Shown one piece after another: positions 25,599 through 36,818 of a stretch of 64,000 nt of DNA (its first letter is position 1; each line of letters starts with the position of its first letter). The translations under genes were made by a program, and so were the position numbers. A model generated the notes under the pieces. That model was not told where the DNA came from, made no database searches, and saw only the letters and a list, made by a program, of their open reading frames with translations. The stretch lies in the NCBI GenBank assembly GCA_964234715.1, contig OZ174276.1; one strand, 5' to 3'. Source of the DNA: Podarcis melisellensis. Its lineage: Eukaryota.

Positions 25599-27390
25599 AT
25601 GAGCAGCAGATGTAACCGGCAAAGTGTCTAGGGAAACACAACAGTCCAATGCTGCAAATTAAGCACAATCAAAAAGGAGAAGGATCTGATAATGAATGCA
25701 TGCCAAGGAAAGGTTGGGACGAGGAACTGTGTAAGATTTGCATCCACCCAACATTGTTTTTTATAGCCCCTTCAATGAAGCAAAGCTTTTGCATGGGAAA
25801 ACCTAAAAGCAGTGTGTGCAGAAACTAGGGTGGTATGTGGACTGTGTTTCATTTTTGTATAACGATCAGCAGCAAATCATGCAACAACAAAAACATAGTC
25901 TGGTGGACTTTCATTTACTCAACCATGTTCCTTTGGTAGGATTTAAATGCTAAAAATAAAGAGATAGACCATTTGACATGTCCTTTTAGACAAAATCATC
26001 CAACCAACCAACCAACAACAAACCAATTCCAGGAAGCCCAACTGAATCAGGGCCATGCTTCCTCCCCTCCTTCCTGACGCACAGTACTTCCCTGATCAAA
26101 ATTACTCCCCGTACAGAAAAAATGCTTTTATTTTTGTAACAGTGAAGGGAAAGAGAGAGTTGTGTGTGACATTTTAACTGGATGCGGCGGAGTTTCACCC
26201 TTTCCCCAGCAATGTTTTTCGGATAGCAAATTGTTCACTACCACCAAAGCTGCTATTTGTTCTGTTAGGGGAAAACATACAACCTGCCATTTCCTAGGCA
26301 GCATAAATTTAGCAGCTATCAGCATGAAGCAGATAAGGTTTCTATGTGGCATACAGTCATTGCCATGTAAAAGAATATGAGTTAGGTTAACTGGTAACAC
26401 ACAGCCTGGAATTTGACACAGCATTCACAACTTTATTCTAATACAGAAAACCTAGGAAGCAGTCCCACGCTATGGGTGATATTCAACTAAATAATTGTTG
26501 AGAGGAATGACTTCATTAAGAGAAGGCCACGCAGAAGGTGAGAGGCTTAAAAGAACATTAATAACCAGAGGACTATGGAAGAAAAAAGCCATACATCAGA
26601 ATCCTATTCACCAAAAAGAACTGAAAGCACAATGCCTGAGAGCTGACTCAAGCATCCCATGGTATGGCAAGCTGGAGATGCTAATATACTATAGAACACA
26701 TCTTGCTGGTCTTGCAACAACTATGCTGCCTCCTGGTTAATTTTTGAATGCAATTAAAGTGCTGGTTCTTAAAACGGCAAAGCACCGAAAAGTTTATTCC
26801 CCTCAATGGCTTTTTTTTTTAAAATTGGCTTTTTTATAATTTTTTTTAAATAAAAAATGGTTTTTTTAAAAAAATGCATTCTTGACAAAACTGCAGTGGC
26901 ACATATAGAATCATATAGAAAAAGCAGGAAAAGGTAGGGTTAGGGTGCAGAAGTGGTGTATCTCCGTTGGGCTTTGTCACCACAGAGTTCCCCATTATGC
27001 TTGCAAAAAAGCACAGGTAAGTGGAGGTTACTGCTGGTGGCATTCCTGTCGGCTATAGCCAGCATAAGCTCCCAAAATGGGGGGATTTCAGGGGTAGGGT
27101 AGAGGTGGGTTGGCCAAAGATCAGTTAGATCCTCAGTCACTCCAGCTACTGGTGATGAACCCAATCCGGGTCTCTCTGCCATGCCAGCTTGGAGCTTCCA
27201 TAGCAGAAAACCTCATTTTTTCTTTATTATTTTCTTTATTAATTTCATATACCACCCTTCATCCAAGGATCACAAAGCAGTTCACAATATAAAAGCACAA
27301 AAATGCATAACATAGTAACAAACAAAAACAATACTCCCCCCATCAGTGCCTCCCACATTGTCTGCTCTGACCCAGTGCAGGTGGCAAGGC

Positions 27391-27537
27391 CAGTGGCGTA
27401 GCGTGGGGGGTAAAGGAGGGGCCGGCCGCACCGGGCGCAACATCTGGGGGTTAGGGTTAGGGGGTGCAAATCCATGAGTTAGGGGGTGCAAATTACTTGC
27501 CTTGCCCCGGGTGCTGACAACCCACGCTACGCCACTG
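27391..27537. mobile_element. hAT-type MITE (147 bp) containing TTAGGG repeats
   Basis: Perfect 17-bp TIRs CAGTGGCGTAGCGTGGG / CCCACGCTACGCCACTG; perfect 8-bp TSD GGCAAGGC at 27383-27390 and 27538-27545. Confidence 0.92.
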
Positions 27538-29379
27538 GGCAAGGCTTTGACTATGGTGGTCACTCCCCTGCTCATTTCAGCCCTGCTGGTCTTGGTTGGA
27601 GTTAGGATTGCTTTCGCAGTTGCAGAACTTTGCGCTCCTTTCCGCATGCTTTTGTATGGTGCATCTTATTGACCTGAAAAGGCCTTGAGACTGCTTTGTT
27701 AATTGCAGAAATTATGCATCTAGAAACTCCCAAGTTAGCAGTTAATGATCTCTTTAATTTAGAATTAAGATTATTACTTGGAAACCATTGCCGGCATTGA
27801 AAATATAGGTCCCACCGAACTCTGTGTTCTAGCATCTTTGTATTAAGAAGCTGAAGGGTTTGAAGCAAACTCTCCGTGGGCAATTTTCTGCAGAGTTGTA
27901 AAAGAAGCTTTTATTACACAAAATGGCTTGTAATTCCAGAATGGTACAGTGGGCAAAACATTCACGAGAGCCTTATTCATAAGAACCATACACTTCAACT
28001 TGTAAACTCTTAGCGTGGGTGGTTTGAAATATTGCTTGATATGCAATCTTAATGTTATCCAAAATAAATTAAGAAGTAAGCCCTGATCAGCCAAGACCTC
28101 CCCATGCCTATTCAGTGCTTCTGGACAGATTTAGTGAAATGATCATGCTTGTTATTAATATGTGCTGTGCATGGTTAGCCAGCTAATGGGTCTGTAGAGG
28201 ACAGCGGGTTGTATCCAAAGCTTCTGTTCCATTTGCTCAGCAGACTTCCATTTGTGCAATGGAGCTTCCCTCTCCTCTCTTCTCTCTCCTCAAAATCTGC
28301 TCCAGAGGGTTGGGAGGTACCAGTGGTGGACGCTAAAATTTGTGACATGCTAAAATTTAATGCCTTCTTGCCTCTTGTGCTCTGTTCTACAGCACTGCTG
28401 TTGTGTCCCCTGCAGCACAGCACCCAGTGTGGCTGAACTGGTCATGCCACCATAAAACCAGCTCTGGAGCAGATTGAGAGCACCGGGAGAAAAGAGGAAA
28501 TAGAAGTCCCACTGTGCACAGTGCTGAATACAACACAGTATTTTTAAACTCATTCCATTTATAATACTCCATGCCTGCCTGCCTTTCTTTCCGCTTTGAC
28601 AAATCTAACTGAATTGGGACAGCCTGAAATAAAAAAATTAAATTTGGGCAGTAGAACCATGTTAATTCTGCTCTTTGGGCAACCCATGGCAAATTCATTT
28701 TCTTCTAGACTTCCAGGTCTTACTTAACAGAGTATAATAAGGATATAAAATTGCTGTACCAAATTACAAATCAGACCAATGTTTAGTGATTGAAATGGCA
28801 GTATCTCTCCAGGGTCTGTAAAGTTCACTTCAACAGAGAAAAGACTTGGAGACATTGAGCTGTCATCAGCTGAGAGATTCTGTATCATAGTTCCGAATCT
28901 ACTAAAACCGATTTGAAACCTAGAAATACACCCAATTCACTCAGCAATATAGGGGGACCTTTGATTCTGGTTCAGACAACAAGATAAAGTAAAAAAAAGT
29001 ACCTGTGAACAGATTTATAAAATGTCAGGGATCCCCTAAAGGCGTAGGCACAAGCTCCTAGGAGCTAAGGCAGCCCCCTCCTGTATTTTTTGAGGGGTCA
29101 GGACATTGCGTCGAGCCCCCTGAATCAATTAAAGAAGGTGGCACCTCTGCTTAAGGGCAAGGCAATCCTATGCATGTTTACTCAGTTTAATGGAGATTAC
29201 TTCTGCAGTGGACACTAAGTCTATAAATGAGTTTTGGGCTGCAATCCTTTTAAGTTCACATACAGAGGCAAGTCATCTAGGGCTGAAGTTCCATACAGAA
29301 GGCAAAAGGCTTCTCACAATTGCAGAATGGACATTATGTGGCACTTGTAAAAGTGCAAGTTCTGTGGAATGAATAACTG

Positions 29380-30130
29380 AATAGGCATGTTTGGGGCAAG
29401 GTGAAGTATTAAGTAAACTGGTCTCAAGCCATTAAAGGCATTATATACCAATAGTAAAACTTGGCCTGGTAGCAAATGGGCAGCCAGTGAGCACAGGTAT
29501 AACATGCTGACAGATGCTCACTAGTATCAGTAATTACTTTGCAGAATTTGCAGTAACTGGAAGCTCCACATGGAGTCCATTGCAACCTACCAATGCCTGA
29601 ATTACTGTAGTTAAGCTATCCCAGTTCAGGAATTATCACAGATGTCATACCAGCTTAAAAATGTGCTTCTAGTCATTGAGGCCACTAGGGCCTCTAGTGG
29701 CAAATATGGATCCAACAGCACCTAGATTGTATAACTGCTCCTTCACAGGGAATGCAACACCATTCAGAGCAAGCAACTGGCCAATTCCATTAACACAAGG
29801 ACCACTCATCCATACAGTCTCTGTCTTTCCAGCATTCAAGCTCAGTATATTTTCCCTCACTGACCCACCACTGCATCCAGGCCTTGGTCAAGCTTCTGCA
29901 TGTCTTCTCCTTATTCAAATGTCAAGGAGAAATTGAGCAAATGTCTGATCCCAATGGCTACACGTAGATGTTAAACAGCATTGGGGACAAAATAATGCCC
30001 TACGGCACCCCAAGGCATAACTACTGAAGATCAGAAAGGGACTCTCTGAATCCAGCCCACTAAGTAGGGAATGGGACCACTGTAAGACTGTGTCCCTGAT
30101 AGCCAGACCAGGAAGACATCATCACCAAAA
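29380..30130 (-). mobile_element. Degraded L2 LINE reverse-transcriptase fragment
   Basis: Minus-strand remnants ILSPMLFN (~29970-29995), MRENILSLNAGKTE...LYNLG (29669-29860 ORF) and VLLLVYNAFNGLRPVYL (29314-29505 ORF), in the order expected for L2 ORF2. Boundaries are approximate. Confidence 0.75.
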
Positions 30131-31850
30131 GCCAGAGAGAGAGAGAGAGATAAAGGAGAAACATTGAACTCGCCTTATCACATTCCCAGTAAAGGTCACC
30201 TTGCTTAATTGTGTCTTGGCACGATGTTTGAAGTGGGCCTTTGACATGTTGTCACTTAAAGGGCTTAAACCAGGCAATGTGCTTTAATCACAAAAATGTT
30301 TTGTATGAGCCTGTGGAAGTTTGGATGAGGGCCAGATGAAGGTTTAAAGCAGAGGTGGGCAACCCATGGCTCTCCTGAGTTTGTTGGACTCCCATCAGCT
30401 CAAGCCCAAATAGTCAGTGGTCACGAATGATGGGACCTATAGCCCAACAACATCTAGAGCTCTACAGGGTCCTCATCCTAGTTCTAAATGTATGGGGGGG
30501 GGAAAGGGGGGGAGTTCTAAGGAATATAGCTGCTTGCCAATGTGGAGATGATACATATTCCGAATGAAGGTGAGATAAGTGATACTGAAATACTGCAGGA
30601 TGAGAAGCTTAGGGAAATGAGAACACCCTTGGAGCATCAGAATGAAACACCACAATTATTCTGTGTATCTGTGAGATAAATTCCATCCATATAACATAGA
30701 GGAATGCAGCTCCCTATCAACACCACTCCGAACTCTTGACTTAAAGATTCTCTTTCTGTAAATAGCTTATTACCAAGACATATTCAGAGCCAAGGTACTT
30801 ATGTAACAAGATAAACTGCCCACAGAAAATGTTGTTTCCATGCTAATGTTTTTTCTCGTCTGCATATCATTTAATACCAAGCATTGTTATATTTACTAAT
30901 AGCAAGCTCATTCTCCAAGTATGGATCCTTCTGTAGAAAAAAAAACCAGCAGCACCCACACACCACCCAGGCTAAAAATATATACATTAGTTGGGGGACC
31001 CTAGGGAGAGGGAAACACAAAAAGCCCAATATGGACTGAGCATGCTCAGTGATCATGGAATGCTGACTGACTGCTGGGGCGGCAGTGGTGAGAGGAGAAT
31101 AGAATAGAGTATCCTGGAATAGAACAGGGGTGTGTTGCTGGGGCGCTTTTTCTCAGTGGCGGTGTGAGGAAAACACAACAGCCATGTACCCTTCCAATCA
31201 GTCTGATCAGTTTGTTACATGGTTCAGCTTGATGAGGGAATGGGGGAGAGCCAGGACCACGGAACAGGGAGTATGCCCATGGTCTCAATTAGACTCAGCT
31301 ATTCACAAGGAGCAAAGCTCTAGTCTACCTTGGTCCTGCGTCACTACAAGGCTAAAATATGTGCCTATCCCATGCCCACAGAAAAACCCAGATATATGTG
31401 TTGGCAGTGCACATGGTAGGGATACTGCAGTAATCCATCAGGTTTGATTTCTGATGCAGATATTGCTGTTTTGCTAGTGCACAGACAATTATCCTAACTC
31501 TTCTTGTGTCCAATTCTCCCTGATTTACTTTCTGTCCAGGGAAAATAAAAAATTGGCAGCTATATGCACAAACCCTTGTGCAAGCTATGCAGAGATTGGG
31601 CAAGAGGACAGAGGCTGAAAGTCCATCAGAATTTGCAAGGCAGTGAACTGCATTGCTCTCCATGGAATGCAAGTTCTTTTCCACTAATGCAACTATTTGG
31701 TCTCATGAATGGCTGTAACACACATCAATTTGAGAAACTTTCTTTTCATTGAGGGGAGCAGATGAGGATTCTGCAAAGCTAAATGTTGTTTGAGAAAGCA
31801 AAGGAAATCCAGAACACTTTACTGACTTTTTGTAGATATCTAATAACGTG

Positions 31851-32201
31851 GGTCGCGCTGTGGGTAAAACCTCAGCGCCTAGGACTTGCCGATCGTCAGG
31901 TCGGTGGTTCAAATCCCCGCGGTGGGGTGCGCTCCCGTTGCTCGGTCCCAGCGCCTGCCAACCTAGCAGTTCGAAAGCACCCTCAGGTGCAAGTAGATAA
32001 ATAGGGACCGCTTACTAGCGGGAAGGTAAACGGCGTTTCCGTGTGCTGCGCTGGCTCGCCAGATGCAGCTTGTCACGCTGGCCACGTGACCCGGAAGTGT
32101 CTGCGGACAGCGCTGGCCCCCGGCCTCTTAAGTGAGATGGGCGCACAACCCTAGAGTCGGACACGACTGGCCCGTACGGGCAGGGGTACCTTTACCTTTT
32201 T
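31851..32201 (+). mobile_element. Sauria SINE (near full length, young) with an 11-bp target-site duplication
   Basis: tRNA-like head (GCGCTGTGGGTAAAAC...GGTTCAAATCCC), body motif CCTAGCAGTTCGAAAGCA, Bov-B-type tail AGAGTCGGACACGACT and ACCTTT-repeat end. ATAACGTGGGT occurs at 31843-31853 and 32202-32212. CpG-rich. Confidence 0.92.
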
Positions 32202-33476
32202 ATAACGTGGGTTAGGACTTGATAAAAATATCTAAAGCCTCATTGCATACATAGTTGCACCACCCCCCCCCCAAAAAAATGTACCAGGACAGGGTACTCT
32301 GCTATCCAGGCGTGGTGCAAAATGGAAACTGCTGTCCTGCCACTGCTGCCTGCACTGCCCACCCCACTGCCTCTGGTGGTGCTGGCATCGGTGCTGATTT
32401 CTGGAGATATCTCACCGAAAGTCGTGGCTGGGTGGGCAAGGTATCCTGAGGGGCTGCACCTCAGCGGCTTCCACAGCCTGGCCTGACCCTGCTAGCATCG
32501 TAAGCAGACGCAGGATATGTAACCACCATATGCGGTCAACGGTGTGTCATTTAGAACAGCCATCACCACTACACAGAGCATCAATTAACCTAGTCATGCA
32601 ACACCTGTTGGCATGCCGTATGTCGGAAATGGGATCATCACCAGAACATCATGCCCAGGGGGTCTCCAATCTTTTGGGGCCCATTTGCAAAAAAAAAAAC
32701 CGCAAGGAGATATCATCACACCCACTGCAATCATGCACACACCACCACCTTGGCTACAACAGAATGCTTATTTCAATCATAATTTCAGTGGGAGGAGGGG
32801 ACACCGTGGGTGCCAAGGAAGACCTCTGTGGGCGTATGTCCACATGCGCCACTTTGGCGGCCCCTACTATAGCCGATAAAGTTCTAGCTATGGCACATCA
32901 TTGATCCTCATCATTGTTCACCCCAAACAGCAGGCACAATTAATAATTTTGGAGTGAAGAGTTCCAGTTATTTCAACAAAGCTTCACTTCTTAATATTTT
33001 GAGGTTGTCTGCAATGTCATCTGGCTTTTAGGGGTTTCTAGGGAAGCTGCAACCAAAATTTCAAAATTCTGTTCTGTTACTTTGCAGATCTAAATGGCAA
33101 AAGAATGAAAACGCCACTTAGTTATATCTGGGGATTTTATTAGTTCCTCCGAAATTTAAACTTGCTCCCCCCCACCTTCCATCCAACACAGTGTGTTGAT
33201 AAGAATAGCTGGAATCAGGCAGCCTAAACTGACTCTATTGCCCAGCTCCACCTCTTCCCCTTCCTCCTAAGATGTTTCAACAAAGAACACCAAGTCCCAA
33301 AGAGGATTTTATTCTTATCCCTTTAACATTAACAAAATTGGCTCTGCCACAAAGCAGAGAGATGAACGAGGATGATCAGACAGAAAGCCCCCAGTGACCC
33401 AAATGATTCTGCCCGCTTTGCACCCGGAACTTCCCAGTTATTAAAAAACACTGAAACGCAAACACGGCCTGAAACC

Positions 33477-33490
33477 ATTACCATGGTAAC
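33477..33490. promoter_or_regulatory. RFX X-box-like palindrome in intron 9
   Basis: ATTACCATGGTAAC, one mismatch from the palindrome GTTACCATGGTAAC; ETS-like CCGGAA at 33424-33429. Confidence 0.4.
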
Positions 33491-35898
33491 GAAGGATTCT
33501 GAAGGAAAGATACAAAAGAAGGAAGGGGTGGGTGAGGAGGAATTTCAACTATTCCTAAGGAAATACCAAACAACATTTTACTGACTCATCATTTAGCGAT
33601 ATTTGGTTTTAAAGAAAGAAGTTAACAGCACCAAAAAGAAACAGATTTCATTTTATGTTACTAGGGCTGACACTGATTCCTGAAAATGCTCATGATAAGC
33701 TATTTTTTTAATTATGAAAATATAATTTTAAAAAAACTGTTTATTTTTAATTCAATGGACACACAATACAGTATTTTTTTTTAAGAAAGGAAAAAGGGAA
33801 AGACCAAAAATAAAACAAAAATGCATCATGGACATAGTAGGTGTACAAAAGGAAAAAAGTAACGTAGATATAGATTTTACAATACTGAATAGACACAAAC
33901 ACACACACACACACACATATATAACCTACCATCAATGAAAGAGCATTAGCATATTATTGTAAGGGGGAAGGAATAGACAAATGAGGTAAGTCATGGATTA
34001 GAAAGGCAAATGAGGAAAATACCAGTGAAAGCTACTTCCAAATGAATTCATACTTTGCAGAGACAATGTTAAGATGGGGTGATTATTAAGATATGCAAAA
34101 AAGGTCCACTAAATATCCACACAGTCCTCAGGCTCTGCAGTTCACTGCAGCACACGCTGATGTCAAGTTTTTTCCATGACAGCAATATGTACAACCTTCT
34201 CCTATAAAATTATTTCTATTACAGTTTCAAGTATATAAGAACAAGAAACAAACAACATATACAAAACTCTAAATCTCTTCCCAACATGGAATAGGTATAA
34301 GGTCTTGGATAAAGCATGAGGGAGACACAAAAGAAGAACTCCTGGTGAACTATTCAAAAATTGAATTATGGACAGCAAGGAAGCAATGATAATTTGTGAA
34401 GCGTTATCCATGGAAATAACAGGACCAGTGATTTACTTTTAGCTAAAAGCGCAAAACAACTCTGCCAGAAACAATTCAAGCACTGCTGAGAAAGACCCTC
34501 CATTCACACAGAAAACTGTGGTTTTATTTTTTCCAGATGGGTGATTTCTGCCCCTTTCCCAAAACAGTATGTAGGGTATTTGTTGTAATTTACTTTGCAG
34601 AATAAATTTAGAGTTAACCTCATGTCAAAGTCTGGACCAGTAAAGCCCAGACCTTTGAAAAATGGTAGTCCAACTTCTTTACAGGACTGGGGCTGGATAA
34701 AAGGGATTAGTAGGATCCACTTCTGGAAAGGAACAGGTCCAAAAAAGAAGCAATATCAATATTTGGGCTGCGGCCATTTGGCAGAGAAGTACCACAAAAA
34801 CTTCCATTACAGCTGTACAAGCTAAACCTGTTCTAAGGTTAAAAAGAATAGACCTCAATCTCCACAACTGTCCCTCTGGCATCTTCTGACAGCGCTAAGC
34901 TTGCTTAATGTTCCCACCTGATTGCAAAGCTACACAGGGGTGCCATAACCCTCTAGGCTTGTTCTCATCTAAACTCATTAAATCATCCTGATGGAGAGAC
35001 TGGTGCTTAGTCACTAGGACCTTCTTAAAGCTAATTCCCTGCTACTGTTGCATCTTATTTGGTTCTGGCATTAATTTAATCAGCCATTCCTACAATTCAA
35101 TCAGGCTTGCACAATGACGAAAAGCCATTTCCAACCACTAAGTTGGAGGAAAGTAATCCTGCATCTCGCTTAGATGTCAGCCCAGGCCACAGATGGTGGT
35201 TGGAGCTGTTCAGAGGCTGAGGGAATAAGTCATGCAACCACTGGGGTGGGGGTGGGAACTGTCACTCACTATCTTTTCAAGATCCTGCCTCCAAAAGGGC
35301 TTTGCAACTCCAAGCTCTCATTTTGATTTTTGGCTTTAATCTCTCTCCCTCCCTAATTGGGACAAACAAGGAGCTGAAGCGCTCCAACTCTATTTCCCAA
35401 TTAAAAAGGCATTCAGACACATACACACTAGAAATGATCAACATTTTTATTTTTTCATCTTCTTCCATTTTATTTAAGATGCCAGACTTTCTATTGGTAT
35501 CACTTCCCCTCCAGCCAAGTGATGATATGTCTTCTGAATATCCTTTTTTCTCCTTATCACACCCATGTGGTTGGTCATTTGCAGTGTGCTTTTGGGTTTT
35601 TACAGAGTTCTCAAATGTCTTTGGAGTACAGATTGAAAGTACACTTTCAGCATTTCTATAGGGTTCTTCTAGTTTAACTTCAGAGAGGGTTCAGACAATC
35701 GTCTGCAGAGCAATGGTCATTTGCATAAACTCTTCCCTTCCTTCCATTATAGAGAGCTCTGCAGGAATTAAAAAATGTGTCTTGTTGTTCTAGTAATAGA
35801 AGCCACATCCTCAAATATGACTTCCATTGTCTCCTAGCTTCTTCTCTGTAGGATTTATACTATTTGGGGTGTGTCTGTCAACAATTTTCAATCTATCT

Positions 35899-36032
35899 CA
35901 GCCTTTAGCAACCTGGTCCCACCCAGCAGTTGTTGTTGGACTACAACTCCCATCATCCTTAACCATTAGCCATGCTGGCTAGGGTTGAAGGAGTCAAAAA
36001 ATATCTAGAGGGTACCAGGTCACAGAAGGCTG
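35899..36032. mobile_element. hAT-type MITE of an abundant family (GGACTACAACTCCCATCA core)
   Basis: CAGCCTT...AAGGCTG termini; near-TSD ATCTATCT / AGCTATCT. Degenerate relatives lie at about 6140-6190, 8690-8862, 30350-30480, 37048-37166, 48460-48590, 54415-54480 and 61610-61710. Confidence 0.75.
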
Positions 36033-36516
36033 AGCTATCTGACTGAATCCATAACTTTTCTGATTGGTTCTCCTTTTTTTTTCTTTTTTACAGAATCAGT
36101 TGCAAATGACATTCACGATAATTAATTTTGGAAAATAAAAGGCATCTTCACTGGGCTTTTTCTTTGGTGTCTTCTGGGATCTTTCACTCCCCGCCACCCG
36201 CCCTCAGCATCCTGCTAAGAATACCACTTCCTAAACTGTTGACATGTGTGTTTTCAGAACAGTCTGCTCTGTGTGAAAATAAAAGCTTCCCTAAGGCTCA
36301 GCCCTGGACCTCTTTCTCAGAACCTCTTCAAGGGATGGTCACACTCAAAGTGGGACAAACAAGTTTCTCCATCAACAGATGGGAATGGAGAGGAGAGAAG
36401 GATGGTGCTAAGCTCATGTTGCTCAATACTGGCATCTTGTCACTAAAAGAATTGTAAAAGAATTGCTTTTTTATGTATTCATAATCTGAGCCTGTTTTAA
36501 AGATGATGATGATAAT

Positions 36517-36644
36517 NNNNNNNNNNNNNNNNNNNNNNNNNNNNNNNNNNNNNNNNNNNNNNNNNNNNNNNNNNNNNNNNNNNNNNNNNNNNNNNNNNNN
36601 NNNNNNNNNNNNNNNNNNNNNNNNNNNNNNNNNNNNNNNNNNNN
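36517..36644. other. Assembly gap (128 N)
   Basis: Run of N. Confidence 0.99.
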
Positions 36645-36818
36645 TGGCTGGCCTTCCCCAACCACTCTGGGCGGCTTCCAAAAAAATATTAAAACACTGT
36701 AATACATCAAACATTAAAAGCTTCCCTAAACAGGGCTGCCTTCAGATGTCTTCTAAAAGTCTGGTAGTTGTTGTTCTCTTTGACATCTGGTGGGAGGGCG
36801 TTCCACAGGGAGGGCGCC
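36645..36818 (-). mobile_element. LINE (probably L2) 3'-end copy abutting an assembly gap
   Basis: Similar to 39495-39609 (CCCCAxCCACTCTxGGxGGCTxCCAA...CTTCCCT..ACAGGGCT.CCTTCAGATGTCT). The family assignment is from memory. Confidence 0.65.

Noticed and set aside
26128-26424. ORF with MLIAAKFMLPRKW, and an ILLSWK-like remnant near 34170-34190
   Set aside because: Possibly decayed L1/Tx1 ORF2 C-termini, but too degenerate to call or bound by eye. Not host genes.
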